Assembly (NCBI RefSeq): GCF_006345805.1
Contig: NC_042999.1
Location: 57,164,001 to 57,228,000 of the forward strand
Source of the DNA: Octopus sinensis
Lineage: Eukaryota
Reading direction: 5' to 3'
Length of the DNA: 64,000 nt
The notes under the pieces are model-generated. The model was not told the origin of the DNA. It made no database searches and saw only the letters and a list, made by a program, of their open reading frames with translations. This document shows, piece after piece, positions 25,781 to 38,901 of this stretch (its first letter is position 1; the number at the start of each line of letters is the position of its first letter). The position numbers and the translations under genes are program-made.

Positions 25781-25964
25781 ATCATCATCATCATCATCAT
25801 CATCATCGTTTAACGTCTGCTTTCTATGCTAGCATGGTTTGGATGATTTGACTGAGGTCTGGCAAACCAGATGGCTGCACTAGACTCCAATCTGCAGACA
25901 TCTGGTTTGCCAGACTTCAGTCAAATCGTCCAACCCATGCTAGCATGGAAAGTGAACGTTAAAC

Positions 25965-25999
<35 letters not shown>

Positions 26000-26038
26000 C
26001 GACGATGATGATGATGATTATTGGATCTTTTATTTTTT
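25762..26038. repeat. Tail-out palindrome of an RTE-tail element, including flanking DNA
   Basis: (ATC)n-reverse tail (to 25873), 25-nt spacer, forward tail-(GAT)n (from 25899); flank aaaaaataaagatccaata is also inverted at 26019-26038. Confidence 0.88.
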
Positions 26039-26177
26039 GGGGGTTTCAAAACAAGTAAAAAATAAAAGATCCAATAAAAAGTAGATAAAATCAACAACAG
26101 CAGGGTTTAACTGCAGAAACCTGAGAACTAAATGCAAACTAACTTGTCCTGATCTTAACATTTTGCACTAAGCTTAC

Positions 26178-26207
26178 TCCCTTAGCCTGTCCTGTAATAG
26201 CAAAAGT
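26178..26207 (-). CDS. Candidate 30-nt exon
   Basis: tttatcttcAG / TFAITGQAKG / GTAAGC; phase 0-0. Confidence 0.28.
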
Positions 26208-26351
26208 CTGAAGATAAATCTAACTTCCGCTTGGTATAGAAATCATTTGTAATCCACTCAACAGATTTCGTCTAATTACATATGTAATAAACAAGCTCAT
26301 AAACAAGGCAGAGAGACAACAGATACATCATGTGAATTCCTTGAAGGTTAC

Positions 26352-26405
26352 CAAATTACTGTCATGGGAATTTGCCAGAGAACACACAACAGTTTCAACT
26401 AAACA
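26352..26405 (-). CDS. Candidate 54-nt exon
   Basis: attaatttttcAG / CLVETVVCSLANSHDSNL / GTAACC; phase 0-0. Confidence 0.33.
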
Positions 26406-27106
26406 CTGAAAAATTAATAGAAACAATAATATTTCTTACTTATATACCTTTCCTAATTGCCAAAGTATCATAAAATTATGAACATGGTAGCTGGCAAAAG
26501 ACAGAGATTACTCTGACCTCTTCCCCACCCTTCCCGACACTTAAGAGAAGTTGTACTTTAGAATACATAATTGTAGGAAGCTATAGTCATGCAGCAGTAG
26601 GGCAGTAGCTTTGAGAATATTACTTTTTAAAAGGTAAATTTATTAAGAAAGTATAAGATTTACACAACACTTAAATGCTACAATATATAATTATTGCTAA
26701 TATGTTTAGGCATTACATAATTCTAATTCATTAATTTCGTCCACTGAGACATATTGGATTCAAAATGATTTTGTTCATTCCATCTAAAGATCTTTGATAG
26801 ACTCAAATCTGATGCTTCTCGTGTTTTCCCCATCTAAATAATTACAAATATTAAGATTTTAATCTGATTCCCTTGTTCAACGGCCTAATGTCATTGCTTG
26901 TAGACTGTGTTGGCATCACTGTGTCTGTTAATGAGATTAAATTGTGGACATATAACACTGCAATTGATCAGAGTGTCTGAAGAGGTTTTCAGAGTTTTCA
27001 TTAAAATGTCAGTTAAATCTATCGTTAACTTAATTTACAGAGAAAAGAAACACTAATACACCAATACAGTACTATAGTTAAAAACGACTGTATATTGAGG
27101 TGAGTT

Positions 27107-27150
<44 letters not shown>

Positions 27151-27215
27151 TAAAATGGATTTCTATCAGTATCAACAACAAAGGTTGCAGGAGCTACCTA
27201 CTAACTGAATTAGCA

Positions 27216-27520
27216 TTGTTGTTTGTTCCTTCTTGAGCCATGTCTGGCTCATAAGGGCCGGTTTCCCAGTTTTCTTAGCATATAGGTTCCACACCTGGAT
27301 GGGACGCTGGTCTGTCACAAGTGAGTTGCAAGATGCAAAAAGAAAGAGTGAGAGAAAGTTGTGGTGAAAGAGTCAGCCGAAGTTCACCCTTGCCTTCTGC
27401 CGGAGCCGCATGGAGCTTAAGTGTTTCGCTCATAAACATACACATCACCCGGTCTGAGATTCGAACCTGCGATCCCTCGACCACGAGTCCACTGCTCTAA
27501 CCACTAGTCCATGTGCCTCT
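27216..27520 (-). mobile_element. tRNA-derived SINE (same family as 12174)
   Basis: Reverse copy with TSD ACTGAATTAG at 27204-27213 and 27522-27531. Confidence 0.88.
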
Positions 27521-27629
27521 TACTGAATTAGAATCTATGTAGCTGAGTTTTTCACAGTCACGTGTAGCCTAAATGTAATACTGAGGCATAACCAGCATAA
27601 CATACACCGTGTGACAAAATTGCCCTTTT

Positions 27630-28110
27630 GAATTACATTTAAGGTTTGTTCCATGAAAGAGTACAGCTTTTGCTCTATTTCTCGGGGGACAAATACAAGA
27701 AAAGTTCATGAAGAGCAAGCCTCTATGCAAAGCATTCATTGACCTAAAAAACACACTTGACAGAACGACCATACTCTGTAGTTTGGTGATTACTAAGAAA
27801 ACTTGATGTAAACGAATGGCTTGTAAGAGATGCGATCAGCAAGGTGAGAGTTAGTAATGAACTCTGCATAGAATTTACCATGCAGTTGGGTATCTATCAG
27901 GTCTTGATGCTTAACCTGATCTTATTTGTTATTGCTCTCCAGTCCATAACAAAGGAGTTTAAAACCTGTTATCTGTGAGAACTTTGCTATCCTAATGACT
28001 GAGTTCTCATTACTGAATCTGTCGAAGAATTTGAGAAATACCAAATGTGGAATCAAGATGTCTTGAAAATAAACTTAAAGACAAAAGTCTTAGTAAGCAA
28101 AATAGATTAA
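27630..28110 (+). mobile_element. Old RTE RT relic
   Basis: Broken frames give FVP.KST, KPLCKAFIDLKN..DR, LRKLDVNEWLVR and a KINL.KTKVLVS-like motif. Confidence 0.6.
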
Positions 28111-28664
28111 ATCCAAGAAGGTCATCGTGGGACTTGAATTTAGAATGTAAAGATTCACTACAAATTCCACAAGATGGGCATGGCTGTGTGGTTAGGGAGC
28201 TTGTTTCCTAGCTACATGATTTTGGGTTCAGTCCCACTGCGGGGCACTTTGGGTAGGTATCTTCCACTATAGCCCCGAGCCGACCGAAGCTTTGTGATTG
28301 AATTCGGTAGGCGGAAGTTACTGCCGTGTGTGTATGTGTGCGTATAGCTGCTCAGTGCCTCTCCAAAAGAGAGAGAGAGGGATGTCTGGTCTGGTCTTAC
28401 AGTTCCATTAATCCACTTCTCCAAATATACTTTCTCATTAACTGCTCCCCACCGCCCACACCCAAACCCACCAAAAGAATGGAAAACAAAGTTAGCCTCA
28501 GCAGCAGTTGAACTCAGCGCACATCAAGTCAGAACAAATATTACAAAGCATCCTATCCAATGCCCTAACATCTCTATTCATTTGCTGTCCTAAATTAATT
28601 TTTATTTTTGATCAGATAAAACAAGAATGACTGAAAAAAATCTCATGTTGAAATTAGTGGGTTG

Positions 28665-29097
28665 TGAAGACCCGTTGAGGCAAGTGACGATCAGAATCGA
28701 AATCGATCAATGGAAATCGATCAATGGAAATTGCAGATGTGTTACCAGTGCCGGTGGCATGTAAGAGAACTTTCTGTTTCGCGACCGTTGCCAGCACCGC
28801 CCCGTTTCGTGTCCGTTGCCAGCCTCGCCTGGCCCTCGTGCCGGTGGCACATAAAAAGCACCATCCGTTCGTGGCCGTTTGCCAGCTCTGTCTGGCACCA
28901 GTGCGGGTGGCACGTAAAAAGCACCCACTACACTCACGGAGTGGTTGGCGTTAGGAAGGGCATCCAGCCGTAGAAACACTGCCAGATTTGACTGGGCCTG
29001 ATGAAGCCTTCTGGCTTCCCAGACCCCAGCAGAACCGTCCAACCCATGCTAGCATGGAAAACGGACGCTAAACGATGATGATGATGATGATGATGAT
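28665..29097 (+). mobile_element. RTE 3' UTR and tail
   Basis: tgtgaagacc.gttgaggcaagtg, 61-bp units, RTE tail, (GAT)n. Confidence 0.85.
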
Positions 29098-29100
29098 ATA

Positions 29101-29597
29101 AGACACGTAAAAGCACCGTCCGCTCGTGGCCGTTTGCCAGCTCTGTCTGGCAACCGTGTCGGTGGCACGTAAAAGCACCATCCGTTCGCGTCCGTTGCCA
29201 GCCTCGGCTGGCCCCCGTGCCGGTGACACGTAAAAGCACCGTCCGTTCGTGGCCGGTTGCCAGCTCTGTCTGGCCCCATGTCGGTGGCACGTAAAAGCAC
29301 CATCCGTTCGTGTCCGTTGCCAGCATCGCCTGGCCCCGTGCCGGTGACACGTAAAAGCACCATCCGTTCGTGGCCGTTCGCCAGCTCTGTCTAGCACCTG
29401 TGCAGGTGGCACGTAAAAAACACCCACTACACTCACGGAGTGGTTGGCGTTAGGAAGGGCATCCAGCCGTAGAAACACTGCCAGATCTGACTGGGCCTGA
29501 CGAAGCCTTCCAGCTTCACAGACCCCAGTTGACCCGTCCAACCCATGCTAGCATGGAAAACGGACGCTAAACGATGATGATGATGATGATGATGATA
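29101..29597 (+). mobile_element. RTE 3' UTR and tail, near-identical to E2 6455-6932
   Basis: Same A/B unit order and the same rare variants; directly follows the previous tail, with (gat)n-ataa at both ends. Confidence 0.9.
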
Positions 29598-29900
29598 TAA
29601 ATGTTGTACTGAACACTGGTGGTGTTTTGAAATATTTTACTTGCCTAAGTGAGAAAGCCTGTATATTGTTAAACAAATAACCATAAAAATAGCAGCTAAA
29701 TAACAGTCTCTCTAAAACCAAACCTTATCAATCTTAGAAAGAAAGTACATGAAGCATCTTGGATAGTGTGATCAAAGATAAACTATCTGAGAAGACAGGA
29801 TGGTCATGGCAAGAATGCCTTTGACCACTAATAACTCTATTTAATCAGGGCTCATGTAGGGTTAAATAACAACTAAAGTGAATATTGTCGTAATCAATAA

Positions 29901-30166
29901 AATAAAAAAATAAATAAATGCGCCCTTTGAAAGCCTAGCCAGGCTCATGGGCCCAGTTTCCCAGTTTCTGTGACGTATGTGTTCCCCAGCTGGATGGGAC
30001 ACCAGTCCATCGCAGCGTTACTCATTTTTGCCAGCTGAGTAGACTGGAGCAACATGAAATGAAGTGTTTTCCTCAAGAACACAACGCATCGCCCGGTCTA
30101 GGAATTGAAACCACAATCTTACGATCTTGATACTGACACCCTAACCACTAAGCCATGCGCCTCCAC
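29901..30166 (-). mobile_element. tRNA-derived SINE (same family as 15162)
   Basis: TSD GTAATCAATAA at 29890-29900 and 30168-30178. Confidence 0.88.
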
Positions 30167-31718
30167 AGTAATCAATAACAAATCATTAATTTTAGGTAAT
30201 AATCTGATGTGTAAAAAACATGTGAAACCTAAAGCATATGTAAATAATCATCAATACAAAAGATTGGAATCATACTGTATGTACAAAGAAGAGAGAAAGT
30301 GTGTTGGCATAAGTGGAGGCTGCTGGAAAATGTCTGTCTATTTCAGTATGTAGCGCAGAGTTTACTAAATTATTCTTCTAAACTGAAATATAATCTAGGT
30401 TTCTGGTACAATACTTCTAAGGAAATCCACTGTCTATATGTTTCAATTAATTTTGGAAATAATCAATAATTTGGAGAAATTTAGTAAAATTTGAAGCATT
30501 TTAAAAAATTTATTTATTAAGCTAGTGTTTGTAACATGACTTCTAAGATTCTTATATAAAATTAGGATGGAAATTTTTAGTATAAATATGATCACTTTAC
30601 AAAGGATAGTCTACATCATAGAACAACTAGGAGTAATTATTTCTTGAGAGTTCCGTTACAGTATGCCCATTTTTAAAATTTCTACTAGCAGCTGATAATG
30701 CTGTCAACAGAAGACCAACTTGAATTCTTTATAATATGCCAAAAATTCTGAATTTGTTGTTCTAAGCTCAAATTTGATCGAGATCAACTATTATTATTAC
30801 AAAAACAAAGAAATTAACACCACTTATTATGTTGTTTAATCCCTGGTCAGTCTCTAACCTGCAGAATTTATGATCGAATGTGTTCTAGTCATGCTTATCC
30901 AGTTTGTTTTTTCAGATATAGTTTAAGTTTGGATCTATTTAATATAGGGAATTAATTTTTTTCTCTTCCTTTCTTTTCTTTTTTTTTATTGGGTGGAGGG
31001 GGTGGAGGGGTTAATGTTTAGATTCATTCAAGTATGAATGTAAACATTGTGAGAGGTTAAATTTGCTTAGAAGCACAGATATAATACAGATCAAGTTTGG
31101 TACTTCTATACAGATCTAACTTTTTACAGATGTTTACATTTATGTAGGATTTGAACTCAGAATTCACAGAACCAAAACAGATACTGCAAGGCATCCTATC
31201 TAATGCTCTAATAATTTTGCCAATCTACCACAATGAACTGGCATTTTTTTTTATTGACCCCTAAGAGGATGAAGAGCAAAGCTGGCTCAAAGCACAGTGA
31301 GTCAGAACAAATATTATGAAGAATTCTATCCAATGCTCCAATGACTACCAATTTGCTGCCTATGAATGATAGAATACTCCATAGAAATATACTGAATGTT
31401 CAGAAGACTAAAAGAACTGAAACGATGTTTCATATAATTTTTTATATTCAAGAAAATGTTAATGAATGTAGTGGTTAGTTGTTGATTAGCTTCAGATGAA
31501 CCATAATTAAATGAATCAATCATCACTGGCATTCAAGCCATGACCATTCTCTCTTTCTTTTTCAGACAGTGTATGAGCCAGGGTTGCATTACTCAGTGCA
31601 CCCAGTCTTGTCCTTCCACATTTGGATAGAGAATGTGATTTGAAAGAGATTTGACTGATATTTCTAACTTGCTGGCTTATAGTTGCATGTGTCCAGAGAG
31701 AGTCAGGAGAAAAAATTC

Positions 31719-31760
<42 letters not shown>

Positions 31761-32014
31761 CATATGACAACAAGCAAAATCTCAGATAAGCCAATAGACC
31801 TTGGATAGTTTTCAGATAATCTTCTGAAAGTTAGTTTAAGGTTGGAATTTGATTAATGTCTCAAAGTTATCTTTCAAGAATGTAGCCATCTGTCGAATTT
31901 TACCAACCAATGTTAGTTTTCTATGATCAGAGAAAGTTCATTATCTAGGATCACTTAAGTTATTACCAGTATTTGATAAAACAGAATCATTCCCTTTTCT
32001 ATTTATATATTAAG

Positions 32015-32340
32015 TGAAGGCATGTGGTTCAGTGGTTAGGGTATATGGCTTATGATCATAAGGTCATGAGTTCGATTCCTAGCAGCATGCTGTGCCCTTG
32101 AGCAAAACACTTTATTTCATGTTACTCCAGTCCACTCAGCTGGCAAAAATGAATTCTACCTGTACTTCAAAGGGCTAGCCTTGTTGTATTATGTGTCACG
32201 CTGGATCTCCTTGAGAACTACATTAAGGGTATGCATGTTTGTGGGGTACTCAGCCACTTGAATGTTAATTTCATAAGCAGGTTGTTCCACTGATTGGATC
32301 AACTGGAACACTCGTTGTCATAACCAAATGGAGTGCTAAT
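32015..32340 (+). mobile_element. tRNA-derived SINE, long-tailed variant
   Basis: tgaaggcatgtggttcagtggttaggg...gagttcgattcc head; homologous to the reverse copy at 44051-44353. Confidence 0.75.
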
Positions 32341-32389
32341 GATATTTATGTCTACCAAACACAATGGTAGACTGCTTAAATCAATTAGA

Positions 32390-32865
32390 GTCTAGTTCAA
32401 TGTATTTTTATACACCAAGTCCATATGGAGAATTTTTTCTCTGAGACAAAATTGCACAGTCAATGCTTTTTACATTCTAGTATATAGAAATGTATTAAAA
32501 TAAATGTACATATCTTTATTTTGACATCTGCTTCTTTGTGTGCTTACACCAAATTAATTCTGCCATGGCAATCCTCAGCACACACCAGCAAATGTATTGT
32601 CTACTGTTTTCTATACAGGAACAAAAGTTCAGGTCTAGCTCTGAACAATTAAGATGGTCCACCACTGAGGTGGGGATTTGCATCAAAGCACCATTTGTTG
32701 TGGTTTGATGTGTTTTTATACATAAAGTGTATAGGGAGAAACTTTTCTCTGAGACACAATCCTGCAGTGAATGCTTTTCTCCTTCCAGTGTGCAAGAATG
32801 TGTTAAAAATAACTGTACACATCTATATTTAGATCCTTGTTGCTTCATGTGCTTATTCAAAATTT
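32390..32865. repeat. Diverged local direct duplication (~165 bp; 32390-32555 and 32697-32865)
   Basis: Colinear blocks tttttataca, ggagaa.ttttctctgagaca, cagt.aatgctttt, atgt.ttaaaa, tgtaca.atct, tgtgctta. Confidence 0.75.
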
Positions 32866-35145
32866 ATTTTTATTTATTCAGTTTTTGGTCTTGAGGAAAT
32901 AGTTGCACCTATGGTTTTTGCAGGCCCTCCAAGACCAATGAGGTCAACACAGTTAATACTCTTCTTGAATAGTTGCAAGTTGATGGCTCTAAAAATGTCC
33001 TTGGAAGAAATCAAAGATAACCAATGTTCTGAGAAGGACTGGGTACAGTAATTAGTGTGGGGCTTATGAGTGGCAAGTGACAAGTGAAAGAATGACAAAT
33101 GAATTGGGAGTACCTGAGTAGAAGCGGTATGAGACCAACCAGGCCCAAGAGAAAGAAGCTATTATGGCAGCAGAAGGAAAAGTAAAGAAAAGATGCAACA
33201 TGTTACTGTGTCCTAGTTTGAGTGCTATTTACAAAATTCTTTTATAACATTTCATTATATATGCCTATTGTTAATTAATATACTGGAAACAGAAACACTG
33301 CAAAGAGACTGATATTAATTAAAAAAAAGATTAAGTTCTTAAACAAGTACTTGATATTCTATGAAGAATGAGCAAGAAAAATACACAGATTGTTTATGTT
33401 GTTGACATTTTGCTGCTATCTGGTGTGTGTATTATATTTTATATTTATACAACCAAACATTGATTTCTGTGAGAGATGAAATCCAGGGAACAATATGATA
33501 ATAGATTATAAATATTCAATAAGATTGTAATCTATTATTACTTGCATCAACCAGTGCTGATAAAAGTGAATCAAAGAAAAAATCCAATACAGGAAGTCAC
33601 ATATGATAAATAATAAAGTAGTTTAATCTGATTGGTTCATTAAATAAATATACATATCTAATTTAGAATTACTGCCATTAACTAATATCTAACATTTTTT
33701 TGCTCTTAAGTCTATCACACAAATGTCCTCTGACCTCGTTGTAAATACCATGTGGAATCTCCTGAGAGAATACAAGCCATTAACCTTTCAATTCTGATTT
33801 TTCATGTTCTCTATGAATAATGATTTTTTGCACAAGGTTGCAAATTTTGTGGAATAAGTATTATAAGTCAAACTGAATTGGCTCAGCACTTGACTGGCAC
33901 TTTATTAATATTAGAGAGATGAAAGCAAAGTTGATCTCAGTAGGATTTGAACTCAAGAAATATAAAGACATGTAACCAGAGCCAGCACTACATACTAAGC
34001 AAATTAGTCAATCTTAACAGAACTCTAAAATCTAAGGACACCATTCAAATTCTGAATGACTTAAACAGAAATTTTTAATGCAAGTAAAAACTCTAAAAAA
34101 AACTTTAGCAATAAAGAGAACTGATGAGATCACTTCAGTAGCAGAAAAGAATGGAAGACAAGAGAAGAGATAGAGAAGATAGAAAAGAGAAGACAAGACA
34201 AGAGAAGAGAAGAGATAGCCATATGGTATTATGAAATGTCACATCGTTTGATACAAAACATCTCAAATATTGCCAGATAATAGATTTACTCAGTGATTTG
34301 TATCATTGTAATTATAATTTCTCAGTTACATTTGTTAGCTAGAGTAGTAAGGGTCATGGTTGGAGAGGAGTTTTAGCCAAAAATTGAAGGGTAAAGGTGA
34401 CATTGCAGCATTGGGATAAGTGGGAACACATTGCATGGCTGGGACAAGAAGGTTCGCATTGAATGAATGGGAAAAGAGGATGCCCAGTGGAGAACTTGGA
34501 GAAAAAAAGGTATACACTGTAGGAATTGGAGAAGAGGACGTACAATGGAGGCCTGGGAAAAGAAAGGACACGTTGTAGGGTGAAAGAAGGGAGTGCACAT
34601 TGTTGGTTGAGAGAAGTTGCACACTAGAGGGCTGTGAGAAGTAGACATGCATTATAGAACACATCTAGGGTTCTGAATACCTGACACAAGCCCTTCACAT
34701 AACTAAATGCTGCAAAAATTTTGTACAACACTGTCATTTATGGCAGTTTACCATTTTATGAATATATACAGAATGAGAAAAAAGGTAAATTTCTATGAAA
34801 TTCAATAAGAAAATTCTTAGTGAAAAATCCTATCACTTGACCCGTCCAAGCCATGCTCCTCCGTCCAACCCATGCTAGCATGGAAAACGGACGTTAAACG
34901 ATGATGGTGTTTCCCATAACTTGAAGGATGGTGCTTGTTTATGTTTACATTTATTAAGTTAATTAAGAGATTAGCAAACAATAAATAAGCCTTGTACTTA
35001 TTCTATTGGTTTCTTTTGCCGAACCACGAACTTATGGGGATGTGAACACACCAACATCAGCTGTCAAGTGATTCCACAGAACTGGATTTTGTATTTCATC
35101 CTTTCATGGTCAATAAAAAAGTCACTAGAGAGGTTTTTTTTTTGT

Positions 35146-35515
35146 AGGCACAGGAGTGGCTGTGTTGCTTACCAACCACATGGTTCTGGGTTCAGTCCCA
35201 CTGTGTGGCATCTTGGGCAAGTGTCTTCTACTATAGCCTCGGGCCAACCAAAGCCTTGTAAGTGGACTTGGTAGACAGAAACTGAAAGAAGCCCCTTGTA
35301 TATGTGTGTGGGTGTTCATCTGTGTTTGTCCCCCCACCATTGCTTGACAACTGATGTTGGTGTGTTCACATCCCCATAACTTAGCGGTTCAGCAAAAGAG
35401 ACCGATAGTACAAGGCTTACAAAGAATAAGTCCTAGGGTCGATTTGTTTGACTAAATGCAGTGCTCCAGCATGGCCACAGTCAAATGACTGAAGCAAATT
35501 AAAGAGTAAAAGAAT
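35146..35515 (+). mobile_element. OK-like SINE
   Basis: Full-length copy, aggcacaggagtggctgtg head. Confidence 0.85.
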
Positions 35516-35549
35516 ATATGTTCTATATATATATATATATATATATATA

Positions 35550-35697
35550 TGTGGTTGGTGTTAGGAAGGGCATCCAGCTGTAGAAATACTGCCAGATCAG
35601 ACTGGAGCCTGGTGCAGCCTCCTGGTTTCTCAGACCCCAGTCGAACTGTCCAAATCATGCTAGCGTGGAAAACGGATGTTAAACGATGATGATGATA
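35550..35697 (+). mobile_element. RTE-tail short element
   Basis: gtggttggtgttaggaagggcatccagctg...(GAT)n after (TA)n. Confidence 0.8.
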
Positions 35698-37829
35698 TAT
35701 ATATTGATCCTAGGTTAGTAAGTCTACAATAAAGAGTGCTCAAAGATAATCAAGATTCAGGATTATTTTTGTATGTCCTGTCTGGTGGCCTGGAGGTGGC
35801 TGATGAAGCCTGTCCAGGCCCCAAGAAACCAATCTGATCTAGACTGTACATATGGGAATGTAGAAGTACTAGTTTTGTGGTGTGGGCATGTTTCCTGAAT
35901 AATAGCTGTTTGTAGGGTTGATGGCACTGGTATCTGTAACCTTTCAGAATGAATGTTTCTCAGCAGTCGCAGCTGGGTTTTTTTGTTTTTTTTGCAGCTG
36001 TTTGGACATTTGTGGGATTAGACTGTACCAGTTGGTTGGCTGGTTGGTTGGTTTGGGACAAAAGGAAATGAATGAGGGTGGAGAAAGACAGGCAGAAAGA
36101 AAGAAGACTAACTGTATTACAATAATATTTGCAACGTTCATCAGAGAAAATCTGTTCAATCAGTTGGGATGTTCTGAAAATCTCTTTAAGAAAGTAATTT
36201 ATGAAAATGTTATCAATTCTTAACAGTGGTAATTCTCTTTCTCTCTCTCTCTTTCTCTCTGAATTGTTTTCCATTTCTCTAATGGTTCTTGATTTTTATG
36301 TTTTAAACATTTAAACAACTTATTTTCAACCCAATGGCAATTGAAATTCAATTTAAAAGCTATTTATTAACCAGGACATTATTTAAATAGAACAAAACTA
36401 GTTCCATTTACTTCCAACTTCTCTTTCCAAAGATCTTGTTTTTACAATACCTAAATATCCAGCTCTATGTATAGGAAGATTATCTGCTTCCCCAGCAGTA
36501 TAAAACCTAAAAAAATACATTAATATTTCAGCCAAATTCTCCACACACATGCACATACTTGCACACAAAAAAGACACTAAAATGGGAAACAACACTTCAA
36601 ATATTTTGCATTAACATGTCTATAAATAGTCATAAAACAGTAGCTTTACTGTAAATAATGAGTGAAAAAAAAATAAAACCAGTAGCCAAATACCATCAAA
36701 TTATATCCAATCAACTCTTAAAAAAATGGATATATTAGCTTATGTAGTCCAAGTTATAGATAAAGATGTGATAGTCTTGCCTGGAATATATGCCTCTAAA
36801 AACATGTCTGGTCAAACAGGACACATATGTGATTAACATTTGTTTTAAGCATTGAGAAATTAGAAAATTAAACCCAAAATATACTTACACATTTCCCCAC
36901 TTGTACAGATAAAGCTTCTCATTTAGACAATTGAAACTTATGAGGCATCTTCATTTAGTCACCACATAGAATAAGATAGATATATGGTTTGATTCCCAAA
37001 GGTGATACTGTCCAAATTTAGCCATCTAATGGGTATTTCTAATCAATATTTTATACGTTATCATTTATAGCTCCTTTTGCAGTTCAGCAGTTTCATAAAG
37101 AGACATATTTTCAAATACAACAGTGTTTACAAAAAAGAAAAACAAATTTATGAACAATATCTAATCAACAGATACGGCATCAGATTTAAATGGTAGCAAG
37201 TGGACAGACCGATGGTGTTGTGTTTTCAATGCTGTCTAGTTAATACAGACATACATTTGTATGCACACACACACACACACAAATATACCATCATTTAACG
37301 TCCTTTTTTCCATGCTTGCATGGGTCAGACAGAATTTGCTGAGGCAGATTTTCCTGTTGCCAACTCTCACCTGTTTCGAAACAAGGTACTATTTTCCCAT
37401 AGCTTGACATGTTTTTTTTTTCATGGAAGACTGGAAACAACCAGCCTTGGTCATATGACAATGATGTTCATTTACAACCATCATGTAATATCTAGACAAG
37501 GGGGCACACACAAATACACACATACATGTACATATATACAACAGGCTTTTTCCAGTTTCTGTCTACCAAACTAACTCACAAGTCTTTGATCAGACCAAGG
37601 TTATACTAGAAGACGCTTGCTCAAGTTGCCATTCATTGGGACTAAACTCAAGGCCACATGGTTGGGAAACAATCTTATAAACCACACAGCCACCCCTGTA
37701 CCTTACATTATATATAAAATTCTCAGTAAGATATTCCCCTCTACTAACTTTGTTCTCTATAGGGGTGATACCTTGACACTATTGAGAGAGGCAGTCACAC
37801 ACTCAATAGACCCAGGAAGGACCTAACAT

Positions 37830-38520
37830 GCTCTTGCTAGTGGACTCAAAGTCACAATATAGGCCAACTTCAAAGTGGTTGATTTCTTGGATATAACATT
37901 AAACTTAGACACTGATCCCAATAAACCTTCCTGGAAATGAAGTCAGAATCTCAGATTTATTAATACAGCCTCCTGCTACCCAGCCATAGTTTTCATGAAT
38001 CTGGCATAGAGGGTTAGCAGAGAATTTGGAACATATCTTTGAATAAGAAGATCTTCAATGCTGCAACCTGCTATTTGAAATGAAGCCCAGGCCACCAGTG
38101 ATTACATGAAGATTAGTTATGTGACTGACACTCACCTAACCAAGAGAATTTGCTATTGTATGGTTATACGGTATACAACCCCATTTTTCCTTAATGTGAA
38201 AACCTGTGTAGGTAGGATCTTCCTTAGTTTAGTCGATAAGCATTTCCCCTAAGTACATAGATACAGAAAAATCTTTAATAACCATATCTCTTTTAGCTGT
38301 GTGCCTAACCTAAAAAAATGTTAGTGAGTAAGCACAAACATAGAAGAGAGTTTGGCTGCTCATGCAGAGGTAATGCCACATACCTACTAAAATGCCAATG
38401 GCATACAAAAACCATTGTACATAAGTGAGAGGTGGTGTCGAAAGATCTCAGTGAGATGTATGGAAATATGTGGATGCAACAGAAGGTGCTTTCAGAACCA
38501 GGTTCAGCAATCACAAGCCC
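37830..38520 (+). mobile_element. Decayed Penelope-like element (RT C-terminus, linker, start of GIY-YIG)
   Basis: Broken frames: GLKVTI.ANFKVVDFLDITLNL, YNP.FSLNVKT.VGRIFLSLVDKHFP, RYRKIFN, TKTIVH, YVDATEGAFRTRFSNHK. Confidence 0.72.
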
Positions 38521-38708
38521 TTGTGTAATATTCAATAAAGGTGTTATGTCACAATGCTGGTGAGTCATATGGACGTTGAAGGAAAATAGCGTACTTTATG
38601 ATAATCAAATGGAGGATACTGGAAAGGTGCAACAGTAGAAGATGCAGAAGATGTAGAACAGTAGAAGAACAACAGTAGAAGATGCAGACTTTACTTTGCT
38701 GTAAAAAG

Positions 38709-38877
38709 AAACATACTGAAGAGCTCCCTTCATTCACGCAACAACCCAAACTTTAAAAATGAGATATTTTGCTCTTGTCCACATTCACAAGAGTAGGTAT
38801 AGCTAACTGGTCGGCTACACCATACCAGGTGCATGCAAGAAAGTTTGAAAGGCAGTTATAACTGTCCTAGATTGTTG
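38709..38877 (+). ncRNA. Degenerate hammerhead-like motif downstream of the PLE
   Basis: CTGAAGA 38716-38722, GAAA 38847-38850, near-palindrome AGGCAGTTATAACTGTCCT, then A; helices I and II pair poorly. Confidence 0.28.
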
Positions 38878-38901
38878 TAATTTTAGTTGATGATTACTAT
38901 A

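Noticed and set aside
34335-34664. Purine-rich block with minus-strand ORFs
   Set aside because: Possibly a very old RTE C-terminal relic on the plus strand, but the similarity is too weak to call.
35800-35840. CTGATGA-hairpin-GAAAC hammerhead candidate
   Set aside because: Five extra bases precede GAAA, and there is no NUH triplet or helix I partner.
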